This document shows positions 52,520 through 64,000 of a stretch of DNA of 64,000 nt, in pieces. The stretch is taken from positions 27,962,001-28,026,000 of the forward strand of contig OX597816.1 of assembly GCA_951406725.2 (NCBI GenBank), read 5' to 3'. Under the pieces are notes generated by a model. The model ran no database searches. It was not told the DNA's origin and saw only the letters and a list, made by a program, of their open reading frames with translations. Source of the stretch: Octopus vulgaris. Taxonomy: Eukaryota. A program made the translations under genes and the position numbers. Positions within the stretch are counted from its first letter, which is position 1, and the number at the start of each line of letters is the position of its first letter.

Positions 52520-53144
52520 CTAAGACATACAAAGCGAACTGATTACTTGCTCCGTGAACGATGCAAGAAGAAATGGCCGTCCAACCACATCGCGATCAGA
52601 AAGAGAACGTGGCAACAGTGCAGGGTATGTTTAATTGCAGCCCGCAAAAATGAACGCGTCAAGCAGCTCGTGAAAGTGGACTAATAAGAAACAATACGTA
52701 CGGTATTGCATAAAGTATTGAATTTTTGTCTGTGGAAACCCCATTACGTGCAGGAGTTAAAACCAGAAGACTGTGACCACAGAATGGAATATGGAGAGTT
52801 AATGCTAGGCTGATATGAAGATTGGCCTGAATTGTTTGAAAACATCGTCTAGTGTGATGGGGCTGGGATTTTATAATACCGATAGCACACTCGAGGACTT
52901 GGAGACACGGATTCAAGAGATTCTCAATGCTATCCCAGAAAACGTCCTTCTGAAGGTTATTCGTTCTTTCCCTCACCGTTTGAGGAAACTGGTTGATGCC
53001 ACCGGTACTTACGTCGAAATAAGAAGATTCACTTTCATTTTACCATATAATAAAGAACGAGTATTATTTGTTTCAATAAATTTGTAGAAACAATATAGAT
53101 TGTATTACCAATTTTTAATACCTACTTACTTTTCACCCACCCTG
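52520..53144 (+). mobile_element. Internally deleted Tc1/mariner-superfamily transposon (probably rosa/maT-like) with right TIR
   Basis: Fragments GRPTTSRS, RQAARESGL, LNFCLWKPHYVQELKPEDCDHRMEYGELMLG and TLEDLETRIQEILNAIPENVLLKVIRSFPHRLRKLVDATGTYVE. Ends in ttttcacccaccCTG|TA. The catalytic core is deleted. Confidence 0.85.
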
Positions 53145-53211
<67 letters not shown>

Positions 53212-53459
53212 GTGTGTGTGTGTGTATACACATGTATGTATATACATACATATATAGGTACACGTACATATTTGTATGTACAATTATGTATGCGAAAATA
53301 TGCGTACACAGAAATATATTTATGTATGAATGTATAAACACACACACACACGTATAAACACACATACATATATATGTAGATATATATATATGCATATATA
53401 TGCATATATATGCATGTGTGTTTTTACGTGTGTGTGTGCGTTTATATACACACACACAT

Positions 53460-53500
<41 letters not shown>

Positions 53501-54317
53501 GCTATAAATGCAGTACATATACATACATAGAAGGAGCTAACACGGAGCATCCCATTTAGTGTTCGGTTTGAAGTGTTGAAACGACGTCAGCTTTACGATT
53601 TATCTTTTGCTAGCTTCAAATTATAAAGTAAAACATGACAACTTTGCAATTAAAGGGTTAATTGCAATGAATGACTCGAAAGGAAATAAAAAAAAACATG
53701 CTTGAGAACAAAGTCAAAAAGCAAACAAATGCAAAATATATAATATGAAAAGAAAATAGTGATTCGGTTCGTGGATAAAATATTGAAGTGAAAATGCTTT
53801 AGCGGTTTCTGTTTTCTTGTTTTTAGTCATAGCATCCTGTTTTCGTGTTCATCGTATCTTTCAGCAGACGGCATCTGTCCTGACGTATGATTAACGAGTT
53901 TTGTTCTGTATGTATGTAGCGAATAGTTACACGCTGACAGCGTATAGATCACGATTTATTCACGGCTGTGCTTTGAACGCTTGGGAACCGACTGGTCTTT
54001 TCAATGTTTTTGTGTATTTTTGAAGTCTTTTTGGACTGAATCAACCTGGTATCTATCTGATTATCTGCAATACCGAGCGCCGCCAACATCATATGATTTC
54101 ATTTGAGTCGGTTAATGAGGTTTAGTGTAATATAAATCATAGATATTCACACAATTTTCCCGTTCAGACATTCCTTGATTTCATATTTCATGATAATGAA
54201 GTTTACTAAAATGTATTCTCGTATTTCCAATTTTTTAAAGATCGACGAGATATTAATTCTTGCATTTGTTATTGTTGTTAACACCAACAAGGGTTCAGGA
54301 GGAGCAAACATGTAAAT

Positions 54318-54622
54318 GGAGGCACATGGCCTAGTGGTTAGAGCAGCGGACTCACGGTCGAGGGATCGCGGGTTCGAATCTCAGACCGGACAATGTGTGT
54401 GTTTATGAGCGAAACACCTAAGCTCCACGCGGCTCCGGCAGAAGGTAATGGCGAAACTTCTGCTGATTCTTTCGCCACAACTTTCTCTCGTTCTTTCCTC
54501 CAGCATCTTGCAGCTTACCTGCGACGGACCGGCGTCCCGTCCAGGTGGGGAACCTATACGCCAAGAAACCGGGAAACCGGCCCTTATGAGCCAGGCATGG
54601 CTCGAGAAGGAACAAACAACGA
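54318..54622 (+). mobile_element. Full-length tRNA-derived SINE with a V-domain-like body
   Basis: A box (tggcctagtgg) and B box (ggttcgaatc). The block cctgcgacggaccggcgtcccgtccagg resembles the V-SINE domain. TSD AAACATGTAAAT at 54306-54317 and 54623-54634. Confidence 0.9.
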
Positions 54623-55745
54623 AAACATGTAAATAAAGTGTTCCATCAAAGGCCAATACATCTTCTTTCTACATATGTATATTATCCAAAGTATTGCAAC
54701 ATGTGTGGGTTACTCTATTTCAAAATTTCAGCTCTCATAATTCATTTAATGCATCTGTTCTTTCTACTTCATTTGCGTCACTATAAGCCCAATCTTGTTA
54801 TTGTTTCATGCAATAACAATGGGGTCACTTTAATTGTCACTTGAATTTCGTGAAACACTATACTTTAATATTTTCCGTTATTTCTTGCATTTCGTATCTT
54901 CGTAGGAGTCACACGTTTAGCCAGTAGGCAGAACCACCAGATGTTCAGGAGAGCTCTCTAAATAAATACGGCAAATCATTCATACATAAATATTGTGTGG
55001 GAGAAAATCATGATTTCGTGATCTGCAGATGAAATTCGCTTGAATAGATCTGTTTCCGTTCCGTTAAAGTTTGGCTTATTGTATGTCTTTTTTACGCTAT
55101 TAGAAAAGACAAAATTCTTTCTGGAAATAATGAAAACCAAAAGAAAATTGTCGACTTCGCAAATCAGAGATATCGTTGAATTTTGTTTGCACCATAGTGA
55201 AATTGTCTTTGAAACTGCACTAAATTGGAGAATTAATTTTCTTGTTATATAGAACCACTTATCGTACAATTGTCGTCAGAATCGTCTCCCCATACAACTG
55301 CTATCGTGTTGAATATGACATATATTTTTAAACTTTGACTCTCTGATGGATGACGAAATTCACTCAGAACATTAATGGTAGAGAAATGCAACAAAATATT
55401 TAAAGCGAATTCCTTACAGGGAATAGTGAAACGCCTCTCGGCTACAGCGGTGAGAAAATTGTTACCAGCTCTCCCATAACTCCCTGAAACGTATAAAAAC
55501 AAAACATCCTTAAACTCAAATTAAATTAAACCGAGAAAATCATAATTATCTTGTGACAGAACAGATAGAGGAATGCCAGTTGGTTCAACACGCTATATCG
55601 TATGAAGAAAGAAGCCATAAATTTATTTACCAATAAATGATACAGGTAGAAAAGTCTAATCTTTGATGAGGCTAATGCTTCGATAGAGTCAAATGACAAA
55701 TACGTACTTAGAAAACCATGCAAAATGACTAATACCGCGACTCAC

Positions 55746-55780
55746 CTCCGTCGAATAAGCAAAATTCTACTTGTAGTCAC
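55746..55780 (-). other. Candidate 35-nt exon
   Basis: The minus strand reads tctgtttaccttcag|GTGAC...CGGAG|gtgagt. A further strong acceptor lies at 55484. Confidence 0.4.
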
Positions 55781-55948
55781 CTGAAGGTAAACAGATTTTA
55801 TAACTCATGGAAAATCCTTTTCGTACACCACAAAGGTAACTCATAATATCGATGACGACGAGAATGAATATATCTATACGTATTATGCATAAATAGGGTA
55901 TTTATGTGTACATACAATCATTAATACATACATATATATACATACCAC

Positions 55949-56058
<110 letters not shown>

Positions 56059-56353
56059 AATAGTTGTATATATATATATTCTACAATTATATACGTTATT
56101 ATTATTATTGTTTTTTCAATTTACTTAATCTTTGACATTTTATTGTTATCTTAATGTTGATATTTCTATTATAAGTAATTTTCTAGATGGTGTAATTTAA
56201 TTGTTCATTTTGAATTGATAAAAGGTGTTTTTTTCTAATTTTATATATATATATATATATATATTATATAGTGTGAAATTTGATTTAGTATTTCGAAACT
56301 GAATTTTTTACCTTGTAAGTTTTGGATTTTATTCCCTCAAATATTAATAATTA

Positions 56354-56452
<99 letters not shown>

Positions 56453-56633
56453 ATATACATATACATGAATACGTTTATGTGTGTATGCATGTGTAGTGGT
56501 GTAGCAATAAATATTGCAGCTGAATTCTCCCCGTAAAGAAGGGCTCACCAACGATACATGCTCCGCAACACCAGCAACAAGAAACCCCCTACCGATGTAT
56601 GTATGTATATATATATATATATATATATGTGTC

Positions 56634-56664
<31 letters not shown>

Positions 56665-57285
56665 ATATGTGCGTGTGTGTATGCATGTATGCATGTAAAT
56701 ATGTATGTATCTCTACATTCACACTCACACAAACAATCACAGAAACACACACACGCACATACGCCCTAATAAGCATGCACATACAAGTGATGCCCAAGCA
56801 CTCAACCCTAAGTGCAGTGTATGCTATAGCAAAAGGAAAAGCTCCAGTAAGCTATTGAATTTGTGACGTTATTCCCTTCTCATTTTATATATCTTATATA
56901 TTATGCTATTCCCTTGTCCTTTTATATATTTTCATATTACGCTCTTTAATCAACTAGCACTTCAATCTGAAACGTATGTATACTGAGTTTTAACATGAGG
57001 TTATTAGTATTGCTATGTTTGAGCGAAATCTTAAAACACACACACACCCAGACACAGACATATTTAGTCACACACACAACCGCGCACGCGTGCGCACACA
57101 CATGTATATACATGCGCATACGCAAGCATGTACTATAGATGTGTGTATATAACAGAAACTCACACCAACTTATGCCCAAACGTTTACGAATGAATGAATG
57201 GATGCGCACATGAGTGCGTGAGCATGTGGGTTTGCGTTAGTATGTTCGCGTATATGTGTCTATATGCGTCCAGCTGGGTTAAAAA

Positions 57286-57379
57286 CATACGCCATAGAAA
57301 CCGGGAAACCGGGCCCATGAGACTAGCTAGGCTTGAAAAGGGCGCATAAATAATGATAATAATAATAATAATAATAATG

Positions 57380-57432
<53 letters not shown>
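57286..57432 (+). mobile_element. 3' fragment of a V-domain-like SINE with a (TAA)n tail
   Basis: atacgccatagaaaccgggaaaccgggcccatgag matches 54557-54590. Confidence 0.7.
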
Positions 57433-57437
<5 letters not shown>

Positions 57438-57525
57438 TGTGTGTAACTGTGTATGTGCTTGTTTGCAGAATTTGTGTAACAAGACTACTAATAAATATAT
57501 AGATGTAAATAGTCACACACACGCG

Positions 57526-57556
<31 letters not shown>

Positions 57557-57865
57557 GCATGTACAAAGACATGTGCACGCACGCACACACACTGACACAA
57601 ATGTATGCATACAGCAGAAACTAATATCTATGCCTATACTGTTGCACATATTTTTCAATTTTAGTTGTACTATGAACACCACACACACACACACACACAT
57701 AGAAGGATGTGGGTGATGAGGATAGTGAGAAAGTGGAAGAGAATAATGAGGATTGGAAATCCACGTGACCAAGGGATGTAGACGTAGAGGAAAAAGAGAG
57801 ATAAGAAGGAAGAGAGTGAGATCCGATATTCCACCAATCGATCTTCATTCACTCTGGTACGTGTA

Positions 57866-57917
<52 letters not shown>

Positions 57918-57983
57918 TATATATATATATACATATATACATATATATATATATACATTATACACACAAGCACACACACACAA

Positions 57984-58016
<33 letters not shown>

Positions 58017-58042
58017 CATTATACACACAAGCACACACACAC

Positions 58043-58104
<62 letters not shown>

Positions 58105-58116
58105 TATACACACAAG

Positions 58117-58159
<43 letters not shown>

Positions 58160-58679
58160 GTATTTGGATATATATTTATATATATATATATATATATATA
58201 CATGCGCACACACATACATATATACATGGGCATGTATGAATGTATATGCGTTTGTGTGTATGCGCATGCGCGTGCGTGTGTATTTATGACAGTTGCTATT
58301 TTGGAAGAGAAGTTTACTGTTACTATGTTGGTAGAGATGATTCAAGAACCACCGCAATCAATAGCTCGTCGCGCCTGACCACCTCATCCCCTTCGTCTTC
58401 TCTCTGTCTGTCTGTCTCTCTCTATCTGTGTATATCTATGTCTGTTTCTCTCTCTCTCTCTGTATAGAATAAATAACTCGTGATCATTCAAGGTGAACAG
58501 ATCCAGTAACAGTACCATTGAGGTGGGAGAGGGTTGTAATATGACTATTATGGTGTAAAATTATTGGTAGAGATGTGGTTAACATGCTGTTATGTTATAA
58601 AAAACTACATTGTATGTATTTAACATACATACTCTTATACACCCACATACACATTTATGTAAACACGTATATGTATGTA

Positions 58680-59075
58680 CGCCATTGTTCAGTTTATTTC
58701 AAGATTTCTTGCCAATGGAGAAATAAACGGTTTCTAACTTAGATCAAAGTTTCCTTCATGATAGTGTATGTATGTATGTATGTATGTATGTGCAGATTTG
58801 TATGTTTTATGTATGAATTCTCATGCATATAGTTTCATATCTAGACAGGCTTGTATATATTTAAATGATAAACTTCTGGAGAGTTTCACAGATTTTTACA
58901 GTTCCAGTGATGGATTGGATCTGTAGTCATTGAATTAGATTTCTCCTTTCTGGTTTTGAGAAGCCTGATTTCTCAAGATTGGTATTTAGGCAGTGTGTTG
59001 CATACCCCAGGGTCCCAATAATTACAGGTATAAACCCGAACTTCTAATCTGGATAGAGTAACTGCAGATTTCTCT
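58680..59075 (-). mobile_element. R4/Dong-like (RLE-type) non-LTR retrotransposon 3' end
   Basis: Translates to RNLQLLYPD*KFGFIPVIIGTLGYATHCLNTNLEK...LQIQSITGTVKICETLQKFII* (the PVIIGALG...LQ...GT C-terminal signature), then a 3' UTR ending in (CATA)n. Confidence 0.78.
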
Positions 59076-60179
59076 CACATATATATATACACACACACAC
59101 TTAATTAAACATACATATTTAAGAAGCAAATATGCATCGCACACAAAGACAAACCTTATTTCTGATGCACATAAGATGATGAAAATGTAGTAAGAATCTT
59201 CACTATATAAAAAATTATAGAAAAATAGGTGAAGTTAGAAAGGTTAAGATTCATAATGTTATGATGTGAAGATAGCAGAATATAAGAAAGAAAGAAATGT
59301 ATTCAAAGTGAATTATAATAGTACACTAATAGTTCTTAGGTGTGAGAATTATTAGTACACTAATTGGCTTTAGGTGTGAGAAAGAGGATAACAGGAAATA
59401 TTTAAATGGAAGAAAAGAAGGATGGTACCAGAAAAACAGAATATTCAGATTTTCTAGGAAATATGAGGCAAGCTCTTGGGCATTAATAGTATTTACAAGA
59501 AATTTCATTTTCTCGCTCATAATTTTCCTATTGCTGAAAAAGCAAAATATAAAATAATGGGAAGAATAGCATTTTACAGGGTAAATTTAATTTGGTGCCA
59601 ACATATCGATTCAGTTTACTTACCAAAGTTAATATATTTATTGTAAGCATATAGGTAGTATATATTTCGAAAGTGCATATAACAGACACAAAATTCGCCT
59701 AACCATATTATTATTTTATTTTTCACTTTTGAGCAATCTGTCTTAAATTTCTCATCATTCAAGTTCCAAACATATAGCGATAACGAAGCAGCATTATTTT
59801 CATCTGCATCTTTTGTAATTCAATGTAATTTTCTTATGGCGCTGACAGACGACATTGATATAGAACTATAATATTAAGCCTTTGTTTGACTATTATGTTT
59901 TATGAACGCAATTCATATTGGTGCTGCATAACTGATAGGAAGTTTTCATCCGGTAGTCCGAGATGTATAGATGTAGATGAACTAAGATTTTTTGTGACAA
60001 AATAAATAATGTTGGTAGAGTTGGTAGTGCAGTTGATATGTAAGAAAATATTTACGATTACACTTAAAGAAGGTTTTGCTAATATTATATACGAATGATA
60101 CAAATTCATGCTGATATTTTTTAAAGTGTGGTGGTTCGTAAGAGGTGCAAACACTGAATTTAAAATATCTAGATATCAT

Positions 60180-60600
60180 AGGTGCAGGAGCGGCTGTGTG
60201 GTAAGTAGCTTGCTTACGAGCCACATGGTTCTGGGTTCATTCCCACTGCGTGGCACCTTGGGTAAGTGTCTTCTACTATAGCCTCAGGCCGACCAAAGCC
60301 TTGTGAATGGATTTGGTAGACGGAAAGTGAAAGAAACCCGTCGTATATATGTATATATGTATATATGTATATATGTGTGTGTGTGTTTATGTGTTTGTGT
60401 TTTCCCCCTCCCCCCAACATCGCTTGAGGTGGCGTGTTTACATCTCCGTAACTTACAGTTTCGGTAAAAGTGACCGATATAATAAGTACTAGGCTTACAA
60501 AGAATAAGCCTGGGGTCGATTTGCTCGACTAAAAAGGCGGTGCTCCAGCATGGCCACAGTCAAATGACTGAAGCAATTAAGAATAAGAGTAAGAGTAAAG
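60180..60600 (+). mobile_element. Full-length CORE-type tRNA-derived SINE
   Basis: Head ggtgcaggagcggctgtgtggtaag...gggttcattccc, CORE-like gcaccttgggtaagtg block, internal microsatellite and (AAGAGT)n tail. Confidence 0.92.
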
Positions 60601-60966
60601 ATAATTTGGATTTTGATTCATACAAACATACATACAGCACTATTACATTTGATGACATCAGGCGATAGTTACATACAGTTAGTACTCAGGCAGCTTTGTT
60701 GCTAAATCTCCAACTTGAACAGTAATTGCTGCATAAAGATAGGCAGAGTACGTATATAATAGAATAAGAGCATTAATCTGACCTGATAACAGTTGTTTGT
60801 CTGTTTATGCTTTTATTCCATTCCAAAATACAATAATACAAGCATACATGAATGCATATATACATACATATACATTCATACATACATACAGACAAACACA
60901 TTCATACGTACACATACATATACACATATACATTCATACATATATACATGCATACATACGTCCAAA

Positions 60967-61000
<34 letters not shown>

Positions 61001-61825
61001 CATTATATAAAAGGGCTTAGTAAACTAACTTTGCCGCATACTGAACTCATTAGAAATAGCAGCTAAAAAAAACTTTTTTAAAACTATTTCCAATACTTAA
61101 AGAAAACCTCTCTCATATAGTGTTTGCTCAATTCAACTCACAAAAGTATGGGGGTAGAGACATTAAAAAATCAAATGCAAAGGTTATTTGAGAACGTACG
61201 TTTCAAGATTAGTCAAAATCGACACTTCTATCATCAGCTCAGAATTCTCTGGTTTGGATTTGAAAACACTGAAAGTAGGAGCATACCCTTTCGGCTTGTT
61301 ATCGCTTCTGAAGATCTGCTCGAAACTAAACAGTGGCAACAAACTCAAATATGCAAGCGAAGAATTTTTGCTCTCCCCCTTAATGTCTCGGATTTTACCG
61401 AAAAAAGCATAGTGTTTGCTGATTTTAACCCACGCTGGTGGAAAGGGGAGAGCAAAAATTCTTCGCTTGCATATTTGAGTTTGTTGCCACTGTTTAGTTT
61501 CGAGCAGATCTTCAGAAGCGATAACAAGCCGAAAGGGTATGCTCCTACTTTCAGTGTTTTCAAATCCAAACCAGGGAATTTTGAGCTGATGATAGAAGTG
61601 TCGATTTTGACTAATCTTGAAACGTACGTTCTCAAATAACCTTTGCATTTGATTTTTTAATGTCTCTACCCCCATACTTTTGGGAGTTGAATTGAGCAAA
61701 CACTATATGAGAGAGGTTTTCTTTAAGTATTGGAAATAGTTTTAAAAAAGTTTTTTTAGCTGCTATTTCTAATGAGTTCAGTATGCGGCAAAGTAATTTA
61801 TTTTACTAAGCCCTTTTATATAATG
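61001..61825. mobile_element. Foldback element / large MITE with near-perfect TIRs of about 380 bp, TA-flanked
   Basis: Arms at 61001-61378 and 61445-61825 differ by only a few substitutions and one small indel. TA lies at 60999-61000 and 61826-61827. The mirror-image 171-aa ORFs confirm the symmetry. Confidence 0.9.
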
Positions 61826-61914
61826 TAATAATTTGAATTCGCCTTAAATGGTCCCTTTGCATACTGAATACTTGGTGAAATTGATTAATTAATTAATTTT
61901 ACCCTCAATTGTTG

Positions 61915-61963
<49 letters not shown>

Positions 61964-62050
61964 CTATCTATCTATCTATATATATATATCTATATATATA
62001 TAGATATATATATACATGTATATCTATATGTATATATGTATATGTATATG

Positions 62051-62109
<59 letters not shown>

Positions 62110-62463
62110 GAGAATACAAATATATATATATATACCACATATCTAATCACCTGTCTATATGTGTGTGTACGTGTGTGCGTATTTCACGCTTCGAGAAAAT
62201 ATACATTATACATATATAGTTTTGCTGCACAATTTCCTGTAGCAACGTTGACAAGAGAAACTTTACAACAGGTGTGTAATTGCGAGTTATTTATGTACAC
62301 GAGTGTTTCTCTCTTTCTCTCTCTGAACACATGTGTATAGGCACACATGATGCTCATATTTCCGTGCATACGTGTTCTTGAGTTGCTTACAACGTGTTGC
62401 ACATACATATATATTTTTTTAATTCTGATCCACTCGCACATATAGCCATACCCTGTTAGGGAT

Positions 62464-62845
62464 GGAGGCGCAATGGCCCAGTGGTTAGGGCAGCGGATTC
62501 GCGGTCGTAGGATCGCGGTTTCGATTCCCAGACAGGGCGTTGTGAGAGTTTATTGAACGAAAATACCTAAAAGCTCCACGAGGCTCCGGCAGGGGATAAT
62601 GGTGATCCCTGCTGTACTCTTTCACCACAACTTCCTCTCACTCTTACTTCCTGTTTCTGTTGTACCTGCATTTCAAAGGGCCAGCCTTGTCACTCTCTGT
62701 GTCACGCTGAATATCCCCGAGAACTACGTTAAGGGTGCCCGTGTCTGTGGAGTGCTCAGCCACTTACACGTTAATTTCACGAGCAGGCTGTTCCGTTGAT
62801 CGGATCAACCGGAACCCTCGTCGTCGTAACCGACTGAGTGCTTCC
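62464..62845 (+). mobile_element. Full-length tRNA-derived SINE
   Basis: A box (tggcccagtgg) and B box (gtttcgattcc). Homologous along its length to 47508-47892. Confidence 0.92.
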
Positions 62846-63240
62846 GAGTGCGTATACACACATACAACACACACGCATGCGCACAAACGCACACACACAC
62901 AGAGACACACACATATGTATATATAGCTGTGCTTAATTATTTTAAATATTAAATACAAGACCAACCTCTTAGACAATTATGAACACAGAATATCCACAGT
63001 AAACCCCCTCAGTTAACAACTGAAGACTTCGCATTTGAGACTAGTTGTGATTCATTAGTTTCAGAGACCGCCTTGTTTCTGAGTCTGCCTATTCATAAAT
63101 CACTCAATCGTCAGGCATAAATCACGCATAGACTTTGAATTGCCAATTAGTATTTGAAAAGAATTACGTAACACTGTGCATCAATACATTTTTTATAAAT
63201 TTAATACGTATATTCTATAACTTCTTACAACTAGAAATAA

Positions 63241-63562
<322 letters not shown>

Positions 63563-63810
63563 AATGCACACATGAGTTCCTACATAAGTACATAAAAGCT
63601 ATAAAACACTTTATTTTCTCTAATGTAGTGCAGTTACTTCAGCGGTATTATAGAAAAATGTGAAGTAACGCAATTTCACTAGTGAATGTTGATACGTTCG
63701 CTTGTCACAGCAAGCGAGCCTGCTGAAGATTTTTAAGAATATCTGTGGAAGTGTGATAACGCTTTTTAATACAAGCAGAAAACATCACATTAACAAGACA
63801 TAACGATATA

Positions 63811-63828
63811 TCTATTATATACAATCCG

Positions 63829-63863
<35 letters not shown>

Positions 63864-64000
63864 TTCTAGGATCTCGGGCATCCTCCATCCCTTGCGTTCA
63901 AATTAGATATGTAGATACCGACGGTATCAGGGCGTGTATAGGTCTTCGGAAAAATTACAAAAATCGATTCCAGGTGAGAATATGATCGATAAAGCATTAG
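63811..64000 (+). mobile_element. Possible 5' end of a non-autonomous Helitron-like element, cut by the window edge
   Basis: A|TCtattatat start followed by a (GT)n tract, a layout common in Helitron-derived elements. The 3' end is not visible. Confidence 0.4.

Noticed and set aside
61308-61340. CTGAAGA...GAAAC hammerhead-like string in the foldback arm
   Set aside because: The intervening tctgctc cannot form stem II, and the would-be cleavage triplet is GUG.
61124-61699. Mirror-image 171-aa ORFs
   Set aside because: A consequence of the inverted repeat. No transposase or other motif was recognised.
62464-62535. tRNA-like sequences here and at 54318, 47820 and 60180
   Set aside because: These are SINE heads. 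A and B boxes are present, but there is no proper acceptor stem and they continue into SINE bodies.

Overview
AT-rich, microsatellite-saturated eukaryotic genomic DNA, most likely intronic or intergenic sequence from an octopus or other coleoid cephalopod. The organism is inferred from recalled SINE families and repeat content, not from a database search. No intact protein-coding gene is supported, and almost every ORF in the track is a translation of (CA)n, (TA)n, (TATG)n, (TATC)n or (TAA)n repeats. The window is a patchwork of transposon relics: tRNA-derived SINEs of at least four types, RTE, R4/Dong and CR1-type LINE fragments, a decayed full-span hAT (Buster/Charlie) element, two Tc1/mariner relics, MITEs and foldbacks, Helitron-like elements, and Penelope-like (PLE) GIY-YIG fragments. 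The most notable signal is nine hammerhead-ribozyme-like motifs in four sequence families. Eight sit in short ORF-less modules next to microsatellites and one lies just downstream of a PLE endonuclease remnant. They include a palindromic back-to-back pair and recurrent non-canonical cores (CUGUNGA and CCGACGA instead of CUGANGA). All folds were paired by eye and none has been tested for activity.
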